From positions 1-58,262 of the forward strand of contig CAKKQB010000013.1 in NCBI GenBank assembly GCA_919901915.1: a DNA stretch of 58,262 nucleotides, in the 5' to 3' direction. The position numbers were made by a program, and so were the translations under genes. This document shows positions 1 to 8,990 of this stretch, piece after piece. The stretch's first letter is position 1. Each line of letters opens with the position of its first letter. This DNA comes from Omnitrophica bacterium GWA2_41_15 (GTDB taxonomy: Bacteria; Omnitrophota; Gorgyraeia; Gygaellales; Profunditerraquicolaceae). Below the pieces are notes generated by a model, which saw only the letters and a list, made by a program, of their open reading frames with translations, was not told where the DNA came from and ran no database searches.

Positions 1-224
1 CATCTGATCGCGAAGGCTAAAATCTTTGGAGATTTTCCCCTCGCTCCTCAAACCCTTTGCCCATATTTTCCTATCGCCTCTCGCCTAAAGCCTATAGCCT
101 TACTCTACCAAAGCCTCCGCCAAGCTCGCCATCAAGCGTCTATAGGGTGGACACCGGCCAACCGAAGGTGATCAAAAGTATACGCTTTCCGGTACCCAGT
201 TTATCCTCGGTTTTATGGGTACAG

Positions 225-340
225 AGGGGTCAGACCTTGAAATGTGAAATTACCCCGTAAACGATACAGCCTTGCCATATCTATATTCTAATTTTTTTAT
301 ATCTTTATCAAACAAATTCACATTTCAAGGTCTGACCCCT
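225..340. repeat. 24-bp perfect inverted repeat (225-248 / 317-340) separated by 68 nt; MITE-like or long terminator hairpin
   Basis: aggggtcagaccttgaaatgtgaa at 225-248 is the exact reverse complement of ttcacatttcaaggtctgacccct at 317-340. The right arm overlaps the stop codon (325-327) of the ATPase gene. Confidence 0.7.
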
Positions 341-1662
341 TTTTCCCCTTCTTCCGCCAATAACCATTTCCAAAGAGGTATAGTTTTCACCGTAAAACCA
401 TTTAGTTTTTCTTCCCCTTCAGCGTCCTCGGTAATTATTATCGCCTTGTCAACTTTTAACTCTTTCATAGCTTTCTGAAGACTACGCAATTCACGGTTTT
501 TTGTTTTCTCATCGCGCATATTCCAGCAAACCTGAATCAAATTTGTTACATCCAAACCATCTTTAATGACAAAATCAACTTCTCGATGCTGAACATCTTT
601 CCAATAAAAGAGCTCAATATTTGAACTAAGTATCTGCTTGCGTTTTAAGGCAAGATAAACAATATTTTCTGCCAACCGGCCGACATTTTCAGAGAATCTA
701 AACCCAACCGCATTGCATAACCCTGTATCAATGGCATAGATTTTCCGCGGGCTTTTTTCCTGCTCTTTTACTTTAAATGAAAAACGCTTTAGCTGAAAAA
801 TAAGGTACACATCCTCAAGAAATCCTGAAAACTTTTCAATTGTATCAGAGGTTATCTCGAGGTATTTTTCAATTGAAGAAAAGGTCATAAGATTCCCGGC
901 ATTGCTTAAGTAATACTTGACCAACGCCTTCATGGCCTTGGTTTTCCTTACGCGGAATCTTTTTATAAGATCTTTTGTCAAAAGATCATCAAAATAATTA
1001 AGCAAAACCTCAGATTTTTTATTTGATAAGACAACTTCCGGAAACGATCCATTCTCCATATATTTCCGAAAAAGCCCCATGATCTCGGTCTTTTTTCTAT
1101 CGACATCAAGCGATATCTTAATTTCTATGTTGTTGAACAACAAGTATTCCGTAAATGAAAGAGGGAAAACATTAAGATCAATATGTCTTCCCGTTAAAAG
1201 CGTTCCCAACTCACGACTTAACAAATGCGCATTTGAACCGGACACTATTATTTTGGCTTTTTTCAACTCATGCATCATACGCACCCATTTTTCCCATTCG
1301 CCTATTTCTTGAACTTCATCCAGAAAAATGTACGGAGTATCCGTGGGAGACATGAATTCCCGATAAACATCATATATTTGAATCAGCAATTTAGTATCAA
1401 GAGACAAAAAACGAGGATCATCAAAATTAACAAAAAGGATATTTTCTTTTCTTACATCCTTCTCTGTAAGAAGCCGTCCCATTCGGCGCATTATATAAGA
1501 CTTACCCGCTCTCCTTGGGCCGGTTATTGTTATCACTTGGTTGGAGCCTTGAATTAATCCCTCCAGCCTATCAACATAGGAGTTTCTCATAAGGCCAATA
1601 TCCTTCTGACCTGCCCATTCATTCCAACTATCTAATATGTCAAATATCTCTTTTTTCTCCAT
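325..1662 (-). CDS. AAA+ ATPase, AAA_14/DUF4143-type ATP-binding protein
   Basis: 445-aa ORF. Walker A GPRRAGKS, Walker B-like IFLDEVQ, and a C-terminal half typical of DUF4143 ATPases. Confidence 0.75.
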   Translation of the reverse strand: MEKKEIFDILDSWNEWAGQKDIGLMRNSYVDRLEGLIQGSNQVITITGPRRAGKSYIMRRMGRLLTEKDVRKENILFVNFDDPRFLSLDTKLLIQIYDVYREFMSPTDTPYIFLDEVQEIGEWEKWVRMMHELKKAKIIVSGSNAHLLSRELGTLLTGRHIDLNVFPLSFTEYLLFNNIEIKISLDVDRKKTEIMGLFRKYMENGSFPEVVLSNKKSEVLLNYFDDLLTKDLIKRFRVRKTKAMKALVKYYLSNAGNLMTFSSIEKYLEITSDTIEKFSGFLEDVYLIFQLKRFSFKVKEQEKSPRKIYAIDTGLCNAVGFRFSENVGRLAENIVYLALKRKQILSSNIELFYWKDVQHREVDFVIKDGLDVTNLIQVCWNMRDEKTKNRELRSLQKAMKELKVDKAIIITEDAEGEEKLNGFTVKTIPLWKWLLAEEGEKGVRP

Positions 1663-1714
1663 TATTAAGTCTCCTATTCGGTATAATTCATATATTCTAC
1701 CTATTACATAAGAA

Positions 1715-1743
1715 AATATACGTCAAAATTAACGTTTTGTCAA
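1715..1743 (-). promoter_or_regulatory. sigma70-like promoter for the ATPase gene
   Basis: Minus strand reads TTGACA-17 nt-TATATT, about 45 nt upstream of the ATG at 1662. AGGAG Shine-Dalgarno lies just before the start. Confidence 0.45.
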
Positions 1744-1806
1744 TCATTTTCTTGAGTAGCGCCCGGGAATGGGAAGAAACATCATACCCCTAAATGGTCG
1801 CTGTCC

Positions 1807-2646
1807 CTATTTATGATAATCAGCTGCGGCATAAGAACTGCGTACGTAAGGAGCGCTTTTTACGTATAAAAACCCGCGGCGCAGAGCCTCTTCTTTATAC
1901 TCTTCGAAAATCTCCGGCTCCAGATACTGCCGCACTGGTATATGATTATTGCTGGGCGCAAGATACTGGCCAATACTCAAAAACGAACAACCAACCGCGA
2001 TTAAATCATCAAAAACCGCGCAAACCTCATGCCTCATCTCTCCAAGGCCGAGCATAAGCCCGGATTTAAGAGGAATGTCCGGCGCGCTCCTTTTAAGAAT
2101 ACGCAAAACTTCCAAAGACCTGGCGTAAGAAGCTCCTCCCGGCCTTACTTCTTCATATAAACGCGCGACCGTTTCCATATTATGAGCGATAATATCAGGC
2201 CGGGCATCAACAATCCCTTGCAAAGATTTCTCATCCGCGTTAAAATCCGGAATAAGCACCTCAATCATAATGTCTCTATCTATCCCGCGCAGATTACGGA
2301 TAGTTTCAACAAATATCGCTGAACCGCCATCAGGCAAATCATCCCGCGTAACGCTCGTAATCACCACATGCGTTAAGCCAAGAGCCTCTACTGCCTGAAC
2401 AATACGCTTTGATTCATTAATATCAGGAGGGAGCGGCAAGCCTTTACCCACACCGCAAAAACGACAGCCCCGCGTGCAAACAGCACCAAGAATCATAAAT
2501 GTAGCTTGGCGCTTAGCAAAACACTCCCCTATATTCGGGCAAAATGCCTCTTCGCAAACCGTATTTAAACGCAACCCCTTAAGCAATATTTTTACATCCG
2601 CGCAATCCCTAAGGTTTATTTTTTTATTAAGCCACGCTGGTCTCAT
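1807..2646 (-). CDS. lipA: lipoyl synthase (radical SAM)
   Basis: 279 aa. Auxiliary cluster motif CEEAFCPNIGEC and radical-SAM motif CTRGCRFC. Confidence 0.95.
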   Translation of the reverse strand: MRPAWLNKKINLRDCADVKILLKGLRLNTVCEEAFCPNIGECFAKRQATFMILGAVCTRGCRFCGVGKGLPLPPDINESKRIVQAVEALGLTHVVITSVTRDDLPDGGSAIFVETIRNLRGIDRDIMIEVLIPDFNADEKSLQGIVDARPDIIAHNMETVARLYEEVRPGGASYARSLEVLRILKRSAPDIPLKSGLMLGLGEMRHEVCAVFDDLIAVGCSFLSIGQYLAPSNNHIPVRQYLEPEIFEEYKEEALRRGFLYVKSAPYVRSSYAAADYHK

Positions 2647-2693
2647 ACAAAAGTTCCTTTTCTTGTAACAGTTCAGCGCTTAGAAGTGTTCAT

Positions 2694-2812
2694 GTCATTG
2701 AGACTATGTCGCAATCCCTATCGTGTCATTGCGAGGGCTGATTTATCAGCCCGTGGCAATCTTTTTAACATTCTCCGTCGTAAAAAGATTGCTTCGCTTC
2801 GCTCGCAATGAC
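2694..2812. repeat. GTCATTG...CAATGAC palindromic element (family B), 119 bp
   Basis: Termini gtcattgag / ctcgcaatgac. The internal gtcattgcgagggctgatt segment is about 85% identical by eye to 38166-38265 and related to 36733-36913. Confidence 0.65.
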
Positions 2813-2833
2813 ACCGACAGATACTTCCAAGAG

Positions 2834-3559
2834 CTAAACTAATGTCTTTTCTTCAATAAAACACGCGTCAAATACACTGCCAAAAGCATCGATAATCTTT
2901 TGTTCCAAAATACTTTTATCCGGGACAGACACCAATTGTTCAGAAAGAGTAGTTACTTTTAAAGATATATCTTCGGGTAAAAACCTAAGGTAACGGCGCA
3001 AAAAACCCCAATCGATACTGCAGGGAATAGCTCCATGCTGAAATATAACCTGCCTCTTTCGCTTCTGGGCATTTCCGCCAATCTTCTTCCCATTAATAAC
3101 AATATCATACTTTTCATAAGACGCGCCGCAAAGCTCATGTGGCGCGCATCTATCAAGAAAAACTTCCGACTCAAGCGCGAAAGAAGCCTTAAGCCCAAGA
3201 GATTCATAAAACCGGATAAGAAACGCGCATATCTGCTTGTAAGAAACAAACACCCCCTTTGGCTCTCCTACATCCTCTTTACTGCATACAAAACTATAAG
3301 TTATTTCGTCATAATGGAAGAGCACCCCGCCGCCGGTCATTCTTTTAACAACCTCAACTCCGTCAGAAAGACAGCGTTTAAAATCAATTTCACTTTCAGG
3401 ATACTGCGAAATGCCATAAGTAAAAGAAGGCCTCTGCCACTGGTATATCCGTAACACCGGAATACCATCTTCAAGATAACGGCTTAAGATTTTTTCATCC
3501 AGCGCCATATTATACGTAGCGCTCCCGGGTCCTGAAATAATAAGCCTGAATATCTTCAT
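2834..3559 (-). CDS. lipoate-protein ligase / octanoyltransferase, LplA-LipM family (catalytic domain only)
   Basis: 241 aa. BPL/LPL catalytic-domain pattern with NGKKIGGNAQKR lysine motif. Sits between lipA and the gcv genes. Confidence 0.8.
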   Translation of the reverse strand: MKIFRLIISGPGSATYNMALDEKILSRYLEDGIPVLRIYQWQRPSFTYGISQYPESEIDFKRCLSDGVEVVKRMTGGGVLFHYDEITYSFVCSKEDVGEPKGVFVSYKQICAFLIRFYESLGLKASFALESEVFLDRCAPHELCGASYEKYDIVINGKKIGGNAQKRKRQVIFQHGAIPCSIDWGFLRRYLRFLPEDISLKVTTLSEQLVSVPDKSILEQKIIDAFGSVFDACFIEEKTLV

Positions 3560-3568
3560 AAAAATTTT

Positions 3569-3719
3569 GGTTCTTTCGTAATTAATGTGAAATAATAATT
3601 ATAAAGCAAAAGCGTAAGGGAAAATAAAAAAACCGTGACTATGATATCAGGGCGGGCTTGCCCGCCCTGATACTTACGCGAAATAGATCTATGCTTATTA
3701 CCTTAAACACGAAAGAACC
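3569..3719. mobile_element. MITE (151 bp) with GGTTCTTTCGT terminal inverted repeats and GC hairpin core
   Basis: Left end ggttctttcgtaatt, right end acacgaaagaacc. Core is cagggcgggcttgcccgccctg. Flanks aaaatttt (3561-3568) and gaaatttt (3720-3727) match 7 of 8, consistent with an 8-bp target duplication. Confidence 0.65.
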
Positions 3720-3725
3720 GAAATT

Positions 3726-5174
3726 TTATGGCTGCCAGCGTAGGTTGGGTTCCCGAGCAGCTTTTGTTTCATCAAGCCGCCCTATTGGCATGGTAAGCGG
3801 CGCCAAATGAAGCGCCGAGGGATTGGTTTTGGCAAGTAAGGCCGCCTCAATCATAACATCAATAAAAACATCAAGCGTCTCTTTGCTCTCAGTTTCTGTC
3901 GGCTCAATCATTATCGCCTCTTTAACAATAAGCGGAAAATAAATCGTAGGGGGATGAAATCCTTTATCAATAAGATATTTAGCAATATCTAAGGCGCGCA
4001 CTCCCTGTTCTAATTGACGAGACGCGGATAAAACACATTCATGCATACAGATTTTATCGTAAGCTGGTTTATAATAATCCTTTAAGCGCGCAAGACAGTA
4101 ATTCGCGCTTAAAACCGCGTTTTCACTTGCCTCAATAAGCCCGGATTTTCCCAACATTAATATATAGGAGTACGCTTTTAAAATCACCGCGAAATTTCCG
4201 TAAAATGGCGCGATATATCCAATACTTTTATGCCTGCGATAATCTAAGGCGAATGTTCCATCAATACGCCGTATAACCCGCGAAACAGGAAGAAAATCCA
4301 CCAGCTTCTCGCAAACACCAACAGGCCCCGCTCCCGGCCCACCTCCACCGTGAGGAGTAGCAAATGTCTTGTGCAAATTAAGATGTATAACATCAAAACC
4401 AATATCTCCCGGCCGGCACTTGCCTAATATCGCGTTAAGATTCGCTCCGTCATAATACATAAGAGCGCCCACACTATGCGCCAAATCCGCGATCTCTTTT
4501 ATCTTAGAATTAAAAAGCCCAAGAGTATCCGGACAGGTAAGCATTACTGCCGCGGTTTCCTGATTTAAGGCTTTTTTATACGCCTGCATATCTAAAAAAC
4601 CGTCTTTATCCGTCGGAACAACCACCACATCATATCCGGCGATCGCGGCGCTCGCGGGATTAGTCCCATGCGAAGAATCAGGAATAATAATGTGCTTTTT
4701 AAGAGAAGAATTGTTTTTATGATACGCGGCAATAAGCATAACACCGGTTAGTTCACCATGCGCTCCAGCAAGCGGCTGAACAGTAAATTCCGCCATACCC
4801 GTGATTTCGCTGAGCAACCGTTCCATATGATATAAAACCTCCAGGGCCCCTTGCGCGAGCATGCCGCCGCCCAAGAGCTGGGGAAGAAGCGGATGCAAAT
4901 CCGCGAAGCCGGGCATAACGGCAATCTTTTCAGTAAACTTTGGATTGTACTTCATCGTGCAGGAACCAAGGGGATAAAAGTTAGTGTCCACGGAAAAATT
5001 ACGGCTGGATAAATTAGAAAAATGGCGCACCACATCCAATTCTGAAACTTCGGGCAGGCATGCTTTTATCTTGCGACAATATTTATCAGGCAAAGCAAAA
5101 GCTTCCGGCACGTCTGTTTCAGGCAGTTGAAAACCCCTGCGGCCAACACGGCTTTTCTCAAAAATTAACTGCAT
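3726..5174 (-). CDS. gcvPB: glycine dehydrogenase (decarboxylating) subunit 2
   Basis: 482 aa. Typical P-protein C-terminal subunit with PLP region LNLHKTF. Overlaps gcvPA by 10 nt. Confidence 0.95.
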   Translation of the reverse strand: MQLIFEKSRVGRRGFQLPETDVPEAFALPDKYCRKIKACLPEVSELDVVRHFSNLSSRNFSVDTNFYPLGSCTMKYNPKFTEKIAVMPGFADLHPLLPQLLGGGMLAQGALEVLYHMERLLSEITGMAEFTVQPLAGAHGELTGVMLIAAYHKNNSSLKKHIIIPDSSHGTNPASAAIAGYDVVVVPTDKDGFLDMQAYKKALNQETAAVMLTCPDTLGLFNSKIKEIADLAHSVGALMYYDGANLNAILGKCRPGDIGFDVIHLNLHKTFATPHGGGGPGAGPVGVCEKLVDFLPVSRVIRRIDGTFALDYRRHKSIGYIAPFYGNFAVILKAYSYILMLGKSGLIEASENAVLSANYCLARLKDYYKPAYDKICMHECVLSASRQLEQGVRALDIAKYLIDKGFHPPTIYFPLIVKEAIMIEPTETESKETLDVFIDVMIEAALLAKTNPSALHLAPLTMPIGRLDETKAAREPNLRWQP

Positions 5175-6508
5175 AGCGCTGCCTCCAGGCTATTAGCAAA
5201 ATTAACAATCTCTTCTTTAGTGCGTTTCTCCGTAACCGCGACCAAAAGGTAATTATCCATACCCTTATAAAACCTTCCCAGCGGAAAACCACAGGCGAAT
5301 CCCTTGCCAATCATCCGGTGAACCGCTTCATCAGCGTTTTTAGACAACTGCAAAGTAAACTCATTAAAGGTGGGAGAACTTCTCTTAACCTTTACCCCGG
5401 GAACCTTATCTAATACTGACTTGGCAAATTCTGCCTTCTCATAATTTAACCGCGCTAATTCCTCTAAACCAACCTTACCTAAAAGCGAAATATAAATCAG
5501 CGCCCTTAACGCGCAGAGCGCTTCATTGGAACAGATATTTGAAGTTGCCCGCTCCCGACGGATATGCTGTTCGCGCGCCTGTAAAGTCAAAACAAACCCT
5601 CTCCTGCCATCTTTATCCACGGTCGCGCCGACAATCCTTCCCGGCATCTGACGTATATATTCCTTTTTTACGGCGATAAAACCTAAATACGGCCCGCCGA
5701 ATGATAAAGGTATGCCTAGGCTCTGGCCTTCCCCAGTCGCGATATCAAAACCCATCTCACCCGGACTCTTAAGCATGCCTAAAGAAACCGGATATACCGA
5801 CGCTATTGCCAACGCGCCCTTGCTATGCACGCGCTCAACAATATCAGAAAAATCATCTACTGCTCCAAAGAAATTCGGATTCTGTACAATTACTGCCGCG
5901 GTTTTATCATCAAGATTTTTATAAATATCCTCGCGGCAGCTTTGGCCATGCACAACGGGTGTTTCCACAAATTCAATAGAAAGATTGGAAGTATAGGCAT
6001 AGAGCATCGTGCGGTAAATTAAATTAACCCCGCTATCAACAATAATCTTTTTCCTGCCGGTAAACCTGACAGCCATCATCGCCGCCTCGTATAACGCCGT
6101 ACCCCCGTCGTAAAGCGAGGCGTTAGAAACACCCAGCCCTGTCAATTCGCAAATTACTGTCTGATATTCATAAACTGCCTGAAGCCAGCCCTGCGAACAT
6201 TCAGCCTGATACGGCGTATAAGCGGTATAAAATTTAGGGTCCGATGCCAAGGCATCCACTGCCGCCGGAATATAATGATCATAAAAACCAGCGCCTACAA
6301 AATTCGTAAGATGCGTGGCGTTCTTACGCGCGAGAAGCTTCAAATGCTCAATCACTTCAAATTCGGACTTCCCATCAGGAATATTAAATGATTTAGGTCG
6401 CAAATCATCAGGAATATCCTTAAAAAGATCGTCGATACCTTTGACGCCTATAACCTTAAGCATTTCCTTCTTCTCTAATTCTGTGTGTGAAATATAATTC
6501 ATTAGCAA
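5165..6508 (-). CDS. gcvPA: glycine dehydrogenase (decarboxylating) subunit 1
   Basis: 447 aa. P-protein N-terminal subunit features (YTPYQAE) in gcv operon context. Confidence 0.95.
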   Translation of the reverse strand: MLMNYISHTELEKKEMLKVIGVKGIDDLFKDIPDDLRPKSFNIPDGKSEFEVIEHLKLLARKNATHLTNFVGAGFYDHYIPAAVDALASDPKFYTAYTPYQAECSQGWLQAVYEYQTVICELTGLGVSNASLYDGGTALYEAAMMAVRFTGRKKIIVDSGVNLIYRTMLYAYTSNLSIEFVETPVVHGQSCREDIYKNLDDKTAAVIVQNPNFFGAVDDFSDIVERVHSKGALAIASVYPVSLGMLKSPGEMGFDIATGEGQSLGIPLSFGGPYLGFIAVKKEYIRQMPGRIVGATVDKDGRRGFVLTLQAREQHIRRERATSNICSNEALCALRALIYISLLGKVGLEELARLNYEKAEFAKSVLDKVPGVKVKRSSPTFNEFTLQLSKNADEAVHRMIGKGFACGFPLGRFYKGMDNYLLVAVTEKRTKEEIVNFANSLEAALCS

Positions 6509-6515
6509 ACCTTTC

Positions 6516-6908
6516 CTATTTTTTTTGAGAACTCTCTATGTATGCCTTATATTGAGCAGGAGCCATAAGGAGATTTTTTTCAGTCTCATCAGCCATTTTA
6601 ATCACCGCGAACCACCCTGACTCGTATGGAGACTTATTCACTAATTCCGGATGGCTAGTAAGCTCGTTGTTAGTTTTCAAAACCTCTCCTGAAAGCGGGG
6701 CATATACATCTGAAGCCGCCTTAACCGACTCAACTGTCGCGCAAGGCTTCGTTTGCTTGATAATCAAACCTATCTTTGGCAAATCAATAAAGGTAACATC
6801 ACCCAAGAGCGATTGCGCGAAATCAGTAATACCAATAATAGCATTATCGCCATCAATTTTTACCCATTCATGGTCTTTGGTATAAAAAAGATTATCTGGT
6901 ATAAGCAT
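6516..6908 (-). CDS. gcvH: glycine cleavage system H protein
   Basis: 130 aa. Lipoyl-lysine motif ESVKAASD. Confidence 0.95.
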   Translation of the reverse strand: MLIPDNLFYTKDHEWVKIDGDNAIIGITDFAQSLLGDVTFIDLPKIGLIIKQTKPCATVESVKAASDVYAPLSGEVLKTNNELTSHPELVNKSPYESGWFAVIKMADETEKNLLMAPAQYKAYIESSQKK

Positions 6909-8016
6909 TTTTTACCTCACATTTTGCGCTGCCGTTTTTATAAATTGGCTTATTCACAACTTTCGCGGGTATAGAAATACCTGTTTCTTTAAGTATGATT
7001 TCTTCGCCCGGAATAAGCTCACGGCCGACATACCCCATTCCAATACCAACCCCTAAACTAGGCGAAAATGACCCGCTAGTTACCGAACCAATATCTTCGT
7101 CCTTATAAAACAGATGATAATTATGCCTTGGAGAACGGCGGGAAAGCGCGGTGAAATAAATCATCCTGCGAGAAAGGCCATCCTGCTTTTGTTTTACAAG
7201 CGAGGGCTTACCAATAAACTCCTTGTCAAAATCTATAAAATGCCCCAACCCTGCCTCTAAAGGTGTGGTATTTTTATCTATATCCTGTCCATAAAGGCTA
7301 TAGCCCATCTCAAGCCGTAAGGTATCCCGCGCCCCAAGGCCTATTGGTTTAACCCGTTTATCAGCAAGCAGCTTCTCCCATAATTGCGCGATCTTGTTAT
7401 TAGGCATATATAACTCATACCCCATCTCGCCGGTATAACCCGTACGGCTTATAATAATCTTCTCGCCCAGTAAATCAAAATAATCAAACGTATAATATCG
7501 CAGATGAATATCGCCGCCGATTAAATCATTTAATACATCTCTTGCCCGCGGCCCCTGTAAATCAAGCTTACCTGTCGACGCTGAAATATTTTCCAAACGC
7601 GTCGCGCTATTCATATATTTACGCATATGCGCTTCATCGCCATTCGTTGTCGCGGCATTAACCACAATCATCCATTTGCTTTGAGAAATTCTATACACAA
7701 GAAGATCATCAATAATCCCTGCCTGCTCATTAAGCATAAACCCGTAACGACACGCCCCCAAAGGCATAACCTTAAGATTAACAGTTACCAAGTTATCGAG
7801 ATTGCTTTTTTCCAAGTCAGCCTCAACAGCAAACTCACCCATATGACAAATATCAAAGAGCCCAGCGCTCATACGCGTCCAATTATGCTCCTCAATAATA
7901 CTATTATACTGAATAGGCATTAACCAGCCGCCAAAAGGCGCTAACTTTGCCCCTAATTCTTTATGCTTATCAATAAGAGGCGTACAAACAAGTTCGGAAC
8001 AAAATGAAGTATCCAT
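6892..8016 (-). CDS. gcvT: aminomethyltransferase (glycine cleavage T protein)
   Basis: 374 aa. GcvT family features. Overlaps gcvH by 17 nt. Confidence 0.95.
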   Translation of the reverse strand: MDTSFCSELVCTPLIDKHKELGAKLAPFGGWLMPIQYNSIIEEHNWTRMSAGLFDICHMGEFAVEADLEKSNLDNLVTVNLKVMPLGACRYGFMLNEQAGIIDDLLVYRISQSKWMIVVNAATTNGDEAHMRKYMNSATRLENISASTGKLDLQGPRARDVLNDLIGGDIHLRYYTFDYFDLLGEKIIISRTGYTGEMGYELYMPNNKIAQLWEKLLADKRVKPIGLGARDTLRLEMGYSLYGQDIDKNTTPLEAGLGHFIDFDKEFIGKPSLVKQKQDGLSRRMIYFTALSRRSPRHNYHLFYKDEDIGSVTSGSFSPSLGVGIGMGYVGRELIPGEEIILKETGISIPAKVVNKPIYKNGSAKCEVKNAYTR

Positions 8017-8055
8017 AATATTATTAATTACTAAAAACTTGGTATAGTCTTTTTT

Positions 8056-8210
8056 GGGCGGGCAAGCCCGCCCCTATGAGTCGTCTAAATCGCCGTATAA
8101 TCCCTACGAATCGCCGCGTAATCCCTATAAATCGCCGCGTAGGGGCGGGCTTGCCCGCCCTTTGTAGATTATTAAATTTAAACTATATCCGCAACAAATA
8201 CGAAAGAACC
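8056..8210. repeat. paired GC hairpins (gggcgggcaagcccgcccc / aggggcgggcttgcccgccc) with aatcgccgcgta words, ending in a solo MITE right end
   Basis: 8139-8210 aligns with 15068-15139, 29343-15 and the reverse complement of 29176-29252 (about 75-80% identity by eye). It ends in aaatacgaaagaacc at 8210. Confidence 0.6.
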
Positions 8211-8212
8211 TT

Positions 8213-8974
8213 TTATTTTGACCCCTTAAGCCGGTCCTTAAATTCTTTCCAGGGAAAGCGCTTACCCGGGCACTCTGTCTTTGCTCCAGGAACCTGGCCA
8301 TGACCCATAATATTCCTATAGGGAATATTATAATAAACGCGCAAAATCTTTATCAAATAAACCAAAGACCCCATCTGCTTTTGAGAAACCTTTTCTTTAC
8401 TGAAATTGCCTACCAGGCAAATTCCAATTCCCTTAAAGTTCATATCTGCTGCCTTACAATGCGCGCCATCCTGCTGTTTAATCCAGCGGGGCGAAACTTC
8501 TATCTGGCCATCCCCTTTGCCTAAAGTGCCATTATCAATAACAAAATCATACCCTAGACCTAAGAACCCTCTTTTTAAATGCAGCTTAAACAAAAATAAA
8601 GAATCCCCTTCATCCGTAGCGCTATGATGGATTATTATATACTTCCATTTTCTAGTTTTATATAAAGGAATTACCGGCCTAATCGGCGCTGCCTTGGGTA
8701 TAAGTAGCCTTTGCCCCATCTCCAATTCTGTAGAATCCTTTAAATTGTTCGCCTGGACAATATCTTCTATCTTCACATCGTACATCCTGCTTATGCACCA
8801 AAGCGTTTCAGCAGGAGCTACGGCATGAAAAACATCTTGCCTAAAAATAGGGACAGTTAAAAAAGGAAAAATTTCTTTTTCCGGAATCGTAGAAAGTTTA
8901 ATAGGCGCCATCGCGCAAGAACTTAAAATAAACGCTACCCCCAAAATAAACACATTTCTTCTAATATTCAACAT
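8213..8974 (-). CDS. N-acetylmuramoyl-L-alanine amidase (Amidase_2/AmpD-like) with LysM domain; probable lipoprotein
   Basis: 253 aa. Lipobox-like LSSC signal, LysM segment (TLWCISRMYDVKIEDIVQANNL), and amidase_2 region HHSAT...GHG..PG.KTECPG. Confidence 0.85.
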   Translation of the reverse strand: MLNIRRNVFILGVAFILSSCAMAPIKLSTIPEKEIFPFLTVPIFRQDVFHAVAPAETLWCISRMYDVKIEDIVQANNLKDSTELEMGQRLLIPKAAPIRPVIPLYKTRKWKYIIIHHSATDEGDSLFLFKLHLKRGFLGLGYDFVIDNGTLGKGDGQIEVSPRWIKQQDGAHCKAADMNFKGIGICLVGNFSKEKVSQKQMGSLVYLIKILRVYYNIPYRNIMGHGQVPGAKTECPGKRFPWKEFKDRLKGSK

Positions 8975-8990
8975 AAATTCACAACGCTAC

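Noticed and set aside
1-224. Structured ncRNA or group II intron 3-prime end (GAAA loop near 175-195, small stems)
   Set aside because: The candidate domain V-like segment does not base-pair. The region 71-105 is another heptamer-word array (cctatcg cctctcg cctaaag cctatag). No conserved ncRNA motif was found.
8017-8212. Glycine riboswitch upstream of gcvT
   Set aside because: No GGAGAG...CACCGAAGGGGCAA-type core was seen on the minus strand. The leader consists of GC-hairpin and MITE-end repeats.
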